Positions 30,172 to 39,720 of a stretch of DNA of 64,000 nt are shown piece after piece. The DNA is taken from the NCBI GenBank assembly GCA_943354835.1, contig CALRDH010000004.1:10851-74850 (forward strand), given 5' to 3'. This DNA comes from a candidate division WWE3 bacterium (GTDB lineage Bacteria; Patescibacteriota; WWE3; 2-01-FULL-39-13). The notes under the pieces are model-generated. The model had not been told where the DNA came from. It saw only the letters and a list, made by a program, of their open reading frames with translations, and did no database searches. Position numbers and translations under genes: made by a program. Position 1 is the first letter of the stretch. Each line of letters opens with the position of its first letter.

Positions 30172-31542
30172 TTAATCTTCAAAAACTATCTTAAATAATT
30201 TATCTTGTATCATTTCTAAATTTTTTGAATCTTTTGCATATTCTAAAAAGAATTCTTGTATTTTGTTTGCATCGGCCTCTGTTATTAAAACAGAAAGCTC
30301 CTTTATTAATAAATCTATACCTGTAAATATTAACTGAAAGTCCAACTCAATCGAATTGTTTTCAGTAAAAATTAAACCGCCTTTTCGTAACAAATAATTT
30401 AATATCATTTGATGGCCATCTCCATATGCACTCAAAGCATATTCGCCTTTCTTCCTAAACGCCCAACCTCGCAAAATCCTAGCAATAAAGGCTATTACTA
30501 AAAATTTATATTCAGTTGCTGTAAGTACACCTTTTAGAACTTGTATGGATGCTATTTCAATTCCTGCCAAATCTGCATGGGCTTCAAAGACGGCATCTGC
30601 TTGACCACCTATCTTATTCCTAGCACCTTGGTGATTACTCTTTGATACAGTTTCTGCAACTTCATGCAACATTGCTAAACGTATCAACGTCTCGCCAAAT
30701 TTTTGCTCATTAAATTCAAAATCTAATCCTAAAAACTCATCGATAATCTTTTTGTGCATTGCTTGCTTACTAATTATATTGTTTGTGTAAACAAGAATTC
30801 TTATACCTTCTTTTGAAACTAGTTCATCCCTTGGATAGCTACTAGTCCTCGGTACAAAATCGGCGTGCCAACCTCCCATAGCAATAACCTTATCTGTTCT
30901 AACCTTCAATATAAAATCATCTTTAGCTCCATCCTTTTCAGACGGTAAAATCGCCTTCGCAACGCTTATAAAACCTTCTAATTCACCTTGATATTGTTTA
31001 TCCGTAATTCTTAGGTTTGCTTGAAATGCTCTTTTTATACCGAATAGTTTGTCTTGATATGTTTCTATCGGGCCGAGTTTTATGTCGACGTTTACTTTCC
31101 AATCTATTTTCAACCAGATTTTTTCACTTTCCTCGTAAGAATCATTCTTAAGGTCTTTGGATAGTTGTCTTAGGTACGATGAATATAAAGAAAATCCATT
31201 TTGTTCATATAGTGGAGCTGCTTTTTCAATTGCTTCTGATATTTGCGCAATTTCTTTTTCGAACTTTTGTGAGTATTTAACAGCCGATATTTTTCCCATT
31301 TGATCAATTTCTACCATTGTGTATGGTGAAAAGATTTCTGGGTTTTCTTTTGCAAAAGTTTCTAACTGTTCTTTTGAAATTTCACATGGATAAAAATTAC
31401 CACCAGGGCAATTTGAATTTTTTTGTTTATCGTATATATCTCCACAAACCTTTACTGCATCTTTAAAAATCTCTATAGCTTGTCTTTCCCAGTCTTTTAA
31501 ATTACTTAAATCTACATCTGTGTATTCTTTGTAATAATTCAT
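30172..31542 (-). CDS. Peptidase M49/DPP-III-like protein with a degenerate zinc motif
   Basis: NFYP, SPYT and GPIETYQDKLFG.K; HEVAE and EAHAD replace HExxH and EExKAD. Confidence 0.7.
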   Translation of the reverse strand: MNYYKEYTDVDLSNLKDWERQAIEIFKDAVKVCGDIYDKQKNSNCPGGNFYPCEISKEQLETFAKENPEIFSPYTMVEIDQMGKISAVKYSQKFEKEIAQISEAIEKAAPLYEQNGFSLYSSYLRQLSKDLKNDSYEESEKIWLKIDWKVNVDIKLGPIETYQDKLFGIKRAFQANLRITDKQYQGELEGFISVAKAILPSEKDGAKDDFILKVRTDKVIAMGGWHADFVPRTSSYPRDELVSKEGIRILVYTNNIISKQAMHKKIIDEFLGLDFEFNEQKFGETLIRLAMLHEVAETVSKSNHQGARNKIGGQADAVFEAHADLAGIEIASIQVLKGVLTATEYKFLVIAFIARILRGWAFRKKGEYALSAYGDGHQMILNYLLRKGGLIFTENNSIELDFQLIFTGIDLLIKELSVLITEADANKIQEFFLEYAKDSKNLEMIQDKLFKIVFED

Positions 31543-31546
31543 GTAT

Positions 31547-32011
31547 TTATTTTATATCAATTATCTTATAAACAACAGTGAAAATTGGGGTTTTTACTTC
31601 GACAAGTTGATTTTTCTTTGCTCCAACTAAAGATTTTCCGACCGGAGATTCATTTGAAATTAGTCTTTTCATAGGATCTGCTTCAGCACTTCCTACTATC
31701 GTAAACTCATCAACATGGCCATCGGATTCTACAACAACAACATTTCCAATTCCGACAACATCTAACATTATATCTTTATCTGAAATAATCTCTGAATTTG
31801 CGAGTGTGGACTCAATCTCACTAATGCGGCCTTCTACATAAGCCTGTTGATCTAAAGTTGAATCATAAACCGTATTTTCTAAAACATCGCCAAGATCTCT
31901 TGCATCTTTGATCTTCTCTGCAACTTCTACTCGGACGACATCCCTAAGGTGATTTAATTCTTCCTTTAACTTTTTATGTCCCGATTGGGTCAGGTATAAT
32001 TTTTCAGACAT
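31547..32011 (-). CDS. greA: Transcription elongation factor GreA paralog 2
   Basis: ARDLGDVLEN and ISNESPVG. Confidence 0.88.
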   Translation of the reverse strand: MSEKLYLTQSGHKKLKEELNHLRDVVRVEVAEKIKDARDLGDVLENTVYDSTLDQQAYVEGRISEIESTLANSEIISDKDIMLDVVGIGNVVVVESDGHVDEFTIVGSAEADPMKRLISNESPVGKSLVGAKKNQLVEVKTPIFTVVYKIIDIK

Positions 32012-32018
32012 TTTCTTT

Positions 32019-32492
32019 TTACTTTACTTCCAATACTTTGTATCTAACAGCACCCATCGGCGCTTCGATTTCTATAATATCCCCTGCAGACTTTCCAATC
32101 AATGCTTTTCCCAAAGGAGATTCATGTGAAATCTTATTTTCACTAAAATTAACCTCTTCCACACCAACTATTGAATAGCTAACTTTTAATTTTTGTGTTT
32201 CTAAAGTTACATGTGATCCAAGATCTATTTTGGCATCTTTACCAGTATTTTTTTCTATAACAACAGCGTTTTTTAGAATTGACTCAATTTCGCGAATACG
32301 ACCTTCTAAAAAGGATTGCTTATCTTTTGCTGCAGAATACATGCCGTTCTCACTAAGGTCGCCTAGAGCCCTTGCAGCTTTAATATCTTCAAGTATTTTA
32401 GTTCTTTGTACACCTGTAAGGTCGAAGAGTTCATCTTTTAAATTCTTTAGACCCTCTTTTGTTACGAAGACTTCATTATTTTCATTTTTCAT
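32019..32492 (-). CDS. greA: Transcription elongation factor GreA paralog 1
   Basis: ARALGDLSEN and ISHESPLG; start at ATG 32492 or 32507. Confidence 0.9.
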   Translation of the reverse strand: MKNENNEVFVTKEGLKNLKDELFDLTGVQRTKILEDIKAARALGDLSENGMYSAAKDKQSFLEGRIREIESILKNAVVIEKNTGKDAKIDLGSHVTLETQKLKVSYSIVGVEEVNFSENKISHESPLGKALIGKSAGDIIEIEAPMGAVRYKVLEVK

Positions 32493-32642
32493 ATTTATAT
32501 ATCTCATACATTATTAGCGCAAACAAATAACCCATATATGGGCGCTTATTTATTATTTGCACAAAGACTGTGTTAGGCAATAAGGTATTAATTAAAGTTA
32601 CCATTGCCGAATAAGACCAAAACCAAATCGGTTTCTGTGATA

Positions 32643-32670
32643 ATTTTATAACATAGGTACAATATGTCAA
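32643..32670 (-). promoter_or_regulatory. Promoter TTGACA-N16-TAAAAT facing greA, divergent from the tRNA-Glu promoter
   Basis: Near-consensus hexamers on the - strand; TGaTATAAT on the + strand just before tRNA-Glu. Confidence 0.55.
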
Positions 32671-32689
32671 TCTGATATAATTTCAATAC

Positions 32690-32766
32690 GGCCCCATCGT
32701 CTAGCGGTCTAGGACACTTGGTTCTCATCCAAGAAATCGTGGGTCCAAATCCCACTGGGGTCACCA
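32690..32766 (+). tRNA. tRNA-Glu(CTC)
   Basis: Acceptor GGCCCCA/TGGGGTC, anticodon arm CTTGG-TTCTCAT-CCAAG, T-arm GTGGG-TCCAAAT-CCCAC, encoded CCA. Confidence 0.93.
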
Positions 32767-32884
32767 AAAACAAAAATATATGGGCCAACTGCAATGGCAC
32801 AAGATTTTGCCTCTTTGGAGATTCAATAAAATCAATTAAAATTACGGTCAATACATTTTTGTTCTGCCAAATACAACATAAATT

Positions 32885-33739
32885 ATGAACAAATTTGTGA
32901 TCAAATACCCGTATAGTGATGGCGATGAACAAATCGCAACAAACTCAACTGTTCAAAATGAAGAAAACATCTTTTTTTTAGATGATCAGGATACTAGATC
33001 ATCAGCAATTGCAGCAATAGAATCAGCGATAAATCCAAGACACCCAAACTATTGTTCACATGCAATCGAAAAGCATGGTGACGGAGCAACTGAATCTTTA
33101 CACATTATTGGAAACACACTACAAACATATAATGGCAACGAAACCAACATACGCGCATTCTCTTTACATGGAAAACTTGTAATAGAAACTACACATCCAA
33201 CAATTTTCGAAAGAAAAGCATATCCGATACCATATATCGATTATTTAATTCAATTACTAAGAGATGAAAAATATATTCCAAAATACGATACAATACAAAA
33301 CCTATCTCAATTCCTAATGACGCTTGCTATGCGCGACTACCCGGATTATCCTAAATGGATTGACGAGATCGAATGATTCAACGATTTTTTATATGAAACC
33401 GGTAACGAAATATTGTTAAAGGCCTATTACCGAGTTCTAAATGTGTTTAAGAGTCAAAGGGAAAAAACACGACAAGAGTTTCTTCCGTTTGATAACGGAA
33501 TTTATATGACAGCGTTAAAATATCTCGAAGATATCGGTCTAAATGCCACAAACGAAACACAGGAAATAATAATTGCTAGATATCCACGTGTAATTTTACA
33601 AAAAGATCGAAGACAATCTTTTAGAGTTTTAACAGCTTTCATGAAAGATTATGTAGTTCATGGTGGAGTTGTCCACATGAAAGGAGATGAATTTTATTGT
33701 TGCAACGAATCCCAATGTCCACTTTCAAATTATTGCTAA
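32885..33739 (+). pseudogene. Hypothetical gene split by one in-frame TGA (33374-33376)
   Basis: ORFs 32885-33376 and 33413-33739 are in the same frame and the sequence between them is open. Confidence 0.55.
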
Positions 33740-33740
33740 G

Positions 33741-34850
33741 TTAAATTGAGGCAACCAATTTTTCCATAAGCATTGAATACATTCTTAGGTTATGTATTGT
33801 TGCAAGTCGAAATGCCAGTGTGTCTTCGATTGTAAAAAGGTGCTGAATATATGCTCGCGTGTAGTTTTTGCATGCATGGCAGTCACAAAATTCGCTAATC
33901 GGAGAGTTATCCCTTACGTATTTTTCGCGGGAGATATATAAATAGCTATACCAATTTTTCTCTGTAAAAATATCTTTTATATCATCCGGATTTTTATCCC
34001 AAACATATAATCTTTTATGCCTTGCATCCCTTGTTGGAAGAACACAATCAAAAATCCCCCACCCCAAACGAACACAGTCAACCAAACCTTGAGGATTTCC
34101 AACACCAAGGCCATATCTTGGTTTATTCGCTGGCGTAACATTTGAAATGTGTTCAATAATCTCCAAATCTAATTCACCTTCATCATTAAAAACCCACCCA
34201 CCTAAGCCATAACCATCAAAACCTATCTTCTCAAGCTCTACTGCACATCTTTCACGTTCATTTTTGCTATGAGCTCCTTGAACGACTCCAAAAAGCTTAG
34301 GCCTTGTTTCTTCAGTTAACTTTCGAGCAACGCATTGCTTTTCAAATTCCACCTTACACCTTTTTGCCCACTCGATTGTTAAATCAACACTTAACTTAAT
34401 CTCGGCATCCTTTGCATTAAATGGCGTAAAATAATCCAAGCAAATCATAATGTCAGAATTTATATCAAACTGAATTTGAATACATTTTTCAGGCGATATT
34501 TGATATTTTTTACGGCCACCTTTTGAATGCAAATGAAAAGTAACACCGTTTTTTGAAATACTTCCAAGCGACTTATTTTTCTGAATCAACGAAAACATTT
34601 GAAATCCGCCAGAATCAGAAATAATAAAACCGTCCCAACCCATAAAATTTTTGATTCCACCTGCCTGCTTCAAAACGCTTGGACCTGGTTGAGAAAGCAA
34701 ATGATACGTATTAACAATAAGACCCAAAGTACCAGCATTTTTTAAATCCTGTGAATCAATACTTCGAATAACACCACGTGTTGCATCTGGAAAAAACACG
34801 GGAAGCTGCATTTCTTTTCCTTTAATTTTATAGGCTTTTAACATATCCAT
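33741..34850 (-). CDS. tgt: tRNA-guanine transglycosylase
   Basis: NTYHL, DSGGFQ, FDCVLPTRDAR and zinc site CDCHAC...HN; start placed at ATG 34850 with TACAAT 6 nt upstream. Confidence 0.93.
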   Translation of the reverse strand: MDMLKAYKIKGKEMQLPVFFPDATRGVIRSIDSQDLKNAGTLGLIVNTYHLLSQPGPSVLKQAGGIKNFMGWDGFIISDSGGFQMFSLIQKNKSLGSISKNGVTFHLHSKGGRKKYQISPEKCIQIQFDINSDIMICLDYFTPFNAKDAEIKLSVDLTIEWAKRCKVEFEKQCVARKLTEETRPKLFGVVQGAHSKNERERCAVELEKIGFDGYGLGGWVFNDEGELDLEIIEHISNVTPANKPRYGLGVGNPQGLVDCVRLGWGIFDCVLPTRDARHKRLYVWDKNPDDIKDIFTEKNWYSYLYISREKYVRDNSPISEFCDCHACKNYTRAYIQHLFTIEDTLAFRLATIHNLRMYSMLMEKLVASI

Positions 34851-34862
34851 GCGAATATTGTA

Positions 34863-34902
34863 TGCGAGGGGCGGTCCAAAAACAATTGGACCGCCCCTCG
34901 CA
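34863..34902. terminator. Perfect 17-bp GC-rich hairpin without a U-tract
   Basis: TGCGAGGGGCGGTCCAA-N6-TTGGACCGCCCCTCGCA between the C39 gene and tgt. Confidence 0.55.
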
Positions 34903-34917
34903 GAACATAACACAACA

Positions 34918-36297
34918 TCAATCGCTTGAAACAATTGGCAGATACAAAGTTGAACTATTCGACGCATTGTCGAAATAAAATTCTGTATATGCCTTTGCAT
35001 CAAGCTCTTGTAGCGTTTCTTGGCCAAAATCATTACCGCTTGCAATATAAAGCTTTGCATTAGTAATATTTTCTAACCCGTCAAAAACGACTACATATTT
35101 CCCCAAAACAGGTGAAAGAATTTCCACATTCTTTGATTCATCACCTGACGTATAAAACATCTCCCCTGTTGGCGACACAACATGAAAATCAGATTCCGCA
35201 TCGGAATCGATAATCAAATATACTTCCTGCGCCTTCTTACGAGGATCTCTTTCTTGGCTCGAAAACCTCCTTGTCGATTTATACCAATTGCCATAATACT
35301 GGCTCAAGATCACACTTTTGCCCAATGGGTCATTAATGGTAAAAACACCATTTTTAATCCCCTTTGCAACGACAAAATGCCCACTTAGCTCAAGTATTAT
35401 TGGCTCACCTGCACAGATACGTCTTGTAACTAAGTCATCATCAATACCTTCTCGGCCACGATACCAAAGATCAATTCCCATTACCTCCCTTGCGTATCTT
35501 GCAACCGAGAACCAGTTCACACTACCCCCAACGTAGCCTGCTGGTTGGCTTCTAAGCCATGCATTAAGCATAGATGGATTCGTTCCTATTCCATTCGCTT
35601 TACTACCATAATGCGAAAGCACCATAGAAGCCGATGAAACAGCACATCCTTCATGCTCAATCGTTCTACTAGTACTCCTTTCGCTCCACCACACATTTCC
35701 GTATTTCTCGTTTTTCCACAAAGGATCAGTTTGAAGATACAAAGGCACGTCGAGTTTGCAGATTTCTTTTTGCGATAAAAAGAAGAAATCATCAATCGAC
35801 ATTCTTGAATAACTGACCTTGCGAGAAAATAAAACCAGATAAATCGGAACCGAGCTCGACTCAACATACAGCCTTTGATTTAAAACAAAATCGCAGCAAG
35901 CTGTTTTTGATTCGCTCAAAACTCTTCCGTTTTTATCAAACGCAGTTAAGACACCTCCAGATCCAGAGAAAAATCCTCCAACAGCAAATACATCGCCTAC
36001 TACTGATTGATCAAAATACGCATAAACCCCAAATCGCCCGGAGCTCATGAGAAGTTGATTACCAGATCTAGCCAAAAATCCGGTATCAGAAATCACGTCT
36101 TGCGAAGTTACCCAAGCATCAAAGAATTCCGCACCTTCTGGAAACTTTAGAATTCCTTGTGCCTTTTGGTATGTTCCTTCAAAATCAATTACTGTAGCAA
36201 ATCTTGGTATTTCTCCTTCAGCAAAAGTCGACATTCGCTGAAAGAAAACTAGACTCAAAAACACAGACACAAACAAAGCCCATTTCACAAAACGCAT
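34918..36297 (-). CDS. Secreted C39-like (papain-fold) peptidase protein
   Basis: Signal peptide; LQTDPLW, GCAVSSASMVL, GHFVV and INDP; SD-like AAGGAAAGGTG upstream. Confidence 0.8.
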   Translation of the reverse strand: MRFVKWALFVSVFLSLVFFQRMSTFAEGEIPRFATVIDFEGTYQKAQGILKFPEGAEFFDAWVTSQDVISDTGFLARSGNQLLMSSGRFGVYAYFDQSVVGDVFAVGGFFSGSGGVLTAFDKNGRVLSESKTACCDFVLNQRLYVESSSVPIYLVLFSRKVSYSRMSIDDFFFLSQKEICKLDVPLYLQTDPLWKNEKYGNVWWSERSTSRTIEHEGCAVSSASMVLSHYGSKANGIGTNPSMLNAWLRSQPAGYVGGSVNWFSVARYAREVMGIDLWYRGREGIDDDLVTRRICAGEPIILELSGHFVVAKGIKNGVFTINDPLGKSVILSQYYGNWYKSTRRFSSQERDPRKKAQEVYLIIDSDAESDFHVVSPTGEMFYTSGDESKNVEILSPVLGKYVVVFDGLENITNAKLYIASGNDFGQETLQELDAKAYTEFYFDNASNSSTLYLPIVSSD

Positions 36298-36409
36298 CAA
36301 ACACCTTTCCTTTCTGCCTGCTTGTAACGGTTTCCCTTGACCTATCTTAGTTAGTTAGCTAACCTAAATTCAGTGTACAAATTGGAAATGAAAAATCTTT
36401 AAAAAAGAA

Positions 36410-36742
36410 ATGAAATTTATAAAACCAAACAAAATATTATTGATTACAGCATTATTAACAGTCCCATTAGCTTTGGCTTATTTATCTGATTCTTTTTTCA
36501 AAAACTCATCAAAAGAAGTTTTGAGTCAAATGGCAGAAACATCAGGAACAGTTGCCGGAATATCTAATATTTTAATAATGCCGAATGCTGAAATAATAAG
36601 TGTTGATACATCAAACGAATATACTTCCGTAACTTTAGAATCTGATAAAACAGAACAAGAGATAAAGGAATTTTACAAAGATTATTCGCCAGAAAATATT
36701 AAAATAAGCGGAAACATAATTCAGATTACAATAAAAAATTAG
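36410..36742 (+). CDS. Hypothetical exported protein
   Basis: N-terminal hydrophobic anchor; 110 aa. Confidence 0.65.
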   Translation: MKFIKPNKILLITALLTVPLALAYLSDSFFKNSSKEVLSQMAETSGTVAGISNILIMPNAEIISVDTSNEYTSVTLESDKTEQEIKEFYKDYSPENIKISGNIIQITIKN

Positions 36743-38487
36743 GGGCCAACTTTATAAACCGCGGCCCATGCTCTGTAATTGCTCTTAAAAGAATCTTGAT
36801 ACAAAACAATTCCATCTTTTGACTTAACAGTTCTATCAAATTTCACAGAAGCGCCCCAAACAGAATGTTCAACTTGTCTTTTAGCGCCACTTGGCAAGCT
36901 CACATCTAGTTCGAAAACAGTTGCCGGTGGAGGGGTTTTTGACAAAATAACAGGTTCCGTCATTTCAACAATGCGTCCATCTTTTGTTCCGTATATTGCA
37001 AACCTCAAAGTAGAATCTTTTTCATTAAACTCTGAACTTATCAAAATATATCCAGGCGTGTCATTTTTAAATTGCAAATCAACTGAAGGACTATAAATAG
37101 TTGCATCTATTCCAGGAGCAGAATCTTGTTCATAATAATTCACCCGGTACGAATGTGCGTTTCTCTCGATAATTGGAAGGCCTGCGGAAAGTGCAGCTCT
37201 AAATAAAGTCGTCGAAACCTGACATACTCCACCTCCGTCACCTAGAACCGTTCTACCTTTGCTAATTACATAGGCGCTTGAATACCCAGTTTTGCTGCTT
37301 ATTTCACCAACAGCATCATTAAAAGAAAAAACATCGCCCGGAGCGACTAAAACGCCATTAACTCTTGAAGCTGCTAATTTAATATTTTTTACCCTACCTG
37401 GAATTGAACCTTTAAATTTTGAATTTCCAATTCCAACAATTTCTTTTACACCAAAAGAATTATCATTTTCTTTTGGAATTGAAACGTCAACGGCAAGCTG
37501 AATCTTTGGGTTTTTTGAAAGTAGAGATAATTTAATCAATTCTTTTGATTCATCAATTCTTAACTTTTGGCCATTTTGAGGAGCAACAAATTCAATTGCC
37601 CTTCCCTCTTTTACATTTAAAACCTGAACTCTTGGACTTCTATCAATTTCTAAAGCGACAGATTTTATTAATTCAGATAAATAAATCTCATCGACTTCAA
37701 TGCTTAAACCGTTTGTATTTTTAATTGGTTTTATTAAACTCAAAATTTCAAGTCTTGAAAGTTTTTTCGAATAGAAATCGAAATAAAATTCATAATCAAT
37801 ATCTAACATTTCAGAAATTGTCGGTTCCAAAAACTCAAGATCAGAATCATAAAAACTAGGTTCTGATTGCCTTGCGGTTACAGAAATCTGTTCTTTACTA
37901 CTTTTTGACATAGACTGAATAATCAATGCTGACAAATCTGCATCAACCTTTTTTCCAACTTCCCCTGGGATTATTACAACGTTTTGCTTGTTGTCTAATT
38001 CAATTCTCGGCTCTACTGCAGGCTTAAATCTTGAAGAATATAAATTGTCGATATAATCCATTAATTTCGAATCTGAAAAATCGTATGAATATTTGATATC
38101 AACTTTATTATGAAAAAATGACAATTTGTCTAACAAATCATTAACCAAATTACCTGAACGCCCAACAGCAAATGCATCTTTTGCAGTTTTTAGATATAAA
38201 AACTTAAAATCAATTTCGGAAGATTTTAATGTAATTGAATTATCGTCACCAGTATTTTCAATCGTGATAGAAACGGAACGTTCTTCAGAAGGATTTTTAT
38301 CTGACATTAATTTTGAAGCTTCAGAAACAGTTAATCCACCAACATATAAATCGTTTACATAAACACCAGGAATTATTCTTTTCGCAAAATAGAGATGATA
38401 AGAAATAAAAACAACCATTAAGGAAAAATATATTATCGCCAAAGCAATTAGAATTTGATTATGTTTTTTAAGGATTTTCTTCGGCAT
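36739..38487 (-). CDS. VanW-family protein with an N-terminal PG-binding-like region
   Basis: FSFN, GGGVCQVSTTLF, ERNAHS, GIDAT and DLQFKN. Confidence 0.92.
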   Translation of the reverse strand: MPKKILKKHNQILIALAIIYFSLMVVFISYHLYFAKRIIPGVYVNDLYVGGLTVSEASKLMSDKNPSEERSVSITIENTGDDNSITLKSSEIDFKFLYLKTAKDAFAVGRSGNLVNDLLDKLSFFHNKVDIKYSYDFSDSKLMDYIDNLYSSRFKPAVEPRIELDNKQNVVIIPGEVGKKVDADLSALIIQSMSKSSKEQISVTARQSEPSFYDSDLEFLEPTISEMLDIDYEFYFDFYSKKLSRLEILSLIKPIKNTNGLSIEVDEIYLSELIKSVALEIDRSPRVQVLNVKEGRAIEFVAPQNGQKLRIDESKELIKLSLLSKNPKIQLAVDVSIPKENDNSFGVKEIVGIGNSKFKGSIPGRVKNIKLAASRVNGVLVAPGDVFSFNDAVGEISSKTGYSSAYVISKGRTVLGDGGGVCQVSTTLFRAALSAGLPIIERNAHSYRVNYYEQDSAPGIDATIYSPSVDLQFKNDTPGYILISSEFNEKDSTLRFAIYGTKDGRIVEMTEPVILSKTPPPATVFELDVSLPSGAKRQVEHSVWGASVKFDRTVKSKDGIVLYQDSFKSNYRAWAAVYKVGP

Positions 38488-38843
38488 TATTTGATTTTAC
38501 CGAATTTTAAATACTTGTGTGCGTTCAGTTTTATCCATTTATGATGTTCCTTGTAATTCGGATCGATTTTTTCAACTTCTGACCAAAATTCCTTCTTATG
38601 ATTCTGATGAACTAAATGTGCCAATTCGTGCTTAATAATATATTCCATAACTTCACCCGGGAATTTACAAATTTGCCAATTAAAATTTAAATTTTTATTC
38701 GATGAACAACTTCCAAGTCTTGTTTTTTGATTCTTTATAAAAATGCGGTTAAATTTATATCCGTGAATGTCAGCAATTTTTGAAACCGCCTCCTTTATTA
38801 AAAAACTATAATTTGCACGAAGTTCTTCGTCTTTTCCAAACAT
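38487..38843 (-). CDS. YgjP/DUF45-type metallopeptidase
   Basis: QKTRLGSCS and HELAHLVHQNH..FW; TGcTATTCT 7 nt before ATG 38843. Confidence 0.88.
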   Translation of the reverse strand: MFGKDEELRANYSFLIKEAVSKIADIHGYKFNRIFIKNQKTRLGSCSSNKNLNFNWQICKFPGEVMEYIIKHELAHLVHQNHKKEFWSEVEKIDPNYKEHHKWIKLNAHKYLKFGKIK

Positions 38844-38895
38844 AATCATTAGAATAGCAAAATTTAAAAATTCAAGGTATCATAAATCCTAGTTT

Positions 38896-39699
38896 ATGAA
38901 ATATTCATACACGTGCGACCTTCACGGACACTCATATTATAGCGATGGAAAATGTAGCCCAGAAGAAATATCAAACATAGCATTTGACATTGGAATTAGC
39001 GTTATTGCATTAACTGACCACGATATAACATATGGCCTAGACGAATTTGAGTCAAGTATCAAGAAGCTAAATGAAAATGGAAAAAACATAATTGGTATTC
39101 CGGGAATTGAAGTCACAACAGAAGTCGGACATATTATTTTACTATTTGAAGACACAAAAGATGCAAAAGAATTTTCAGAAACAGTCCATATAGAACAGAA
39201 AAACGATTTAAAAACAGTAATCAAAAATTCATCAAAATATAATAAATACATAATAATTCCACATGTTGAAATCCCATATATTGGGTCTTTCTCATTCGAA
39301 TCTTTGGCAAAGTTTTTTAAAGAATTTCCAAAAGAAATGCTTCATACAGGTCTTGAAATTATAAATGGTGAATCTTTAACAATGCCAAAATTTTTACTAA
39401 AAAAACATAAAACTTTAATACATAAAAACCAACAAAGCGGATGGAATAGAAACCTCTTTGCAAATAGCGACCATCATTCAAAACACGGAATTGGAGTTGG
39501 TGTAACAGAAATTAAATCAGAAAAAGAAATTAAAAACGCTAAAGACTTCATTCACTTACTAAAAACAAGTAAGGGTGGAGTTGCAAAAACACAAAAAATA
39601 CTTTCTAAAACAGAACTTTTGACGGAATACTCCTATATTATTTCTGGGGTTATCCGAAAAAAAATCTTCGGAAGGCGGGCAAGGAAAAACCCTTTATAA
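38896..39699 (+). CDS. PHP-domain phosphoesterase
   Basis: DLHGHS..SDG, ALTDHD, GIEV and NSDHH. Confidence 0.9.
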   Translation: MKYSYTCDLHGHSYYSDGKCSPEEISNIAFDIGISVIALTDHDITYGLDEFESSIKKLNENGKNIIGIPGIEVTTEVGHIILLFEDTKDAKEFSETVHIEQKNDLKTVIKNSSKYNKYIIIPHVEIPYIGSFSFESLAKFFKEFPKEMLHTGLEIINGESLTMPKFLLKKHKTLIHKNQQSGWNRNLFANSDHHSKHGIGVGVTEIKSEKEIKNAKDFIHLLKTSKGGVAKTQKILSKTELLTEYSYIISGVIRKKIFGRRARKNPL

Positions 39700-39710
39700 A
39701 CCCGCCCTCC
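39670..39710. terminator. GC-rich hairpin between convergent genes
   Basis: GGAAGGCGGG...CCCGCCCTCC, 10 bp with one G.U on the - strand. Confidence 0.4.
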
Positions 39711-39720
39711 TATTCATTCA

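Noticed and set aside
32588-32932. ORFs overlapping the tRNA genes (also 60532-60741)
   Set aside because: They are antisense translations of tRNA sequences.
33374-33376. Selenocysteine codon
   Set aside because: No redox-motif context and no obvious SECIS hairpin directly downstream.
34851-35060. 70-aa N-terminal extension of Tgt in the ORF track
   Set aside because: It overlaps the C39 gene and the hairpin; a promoter-proximal ATG at 34850 gives a normal-length Tgt.
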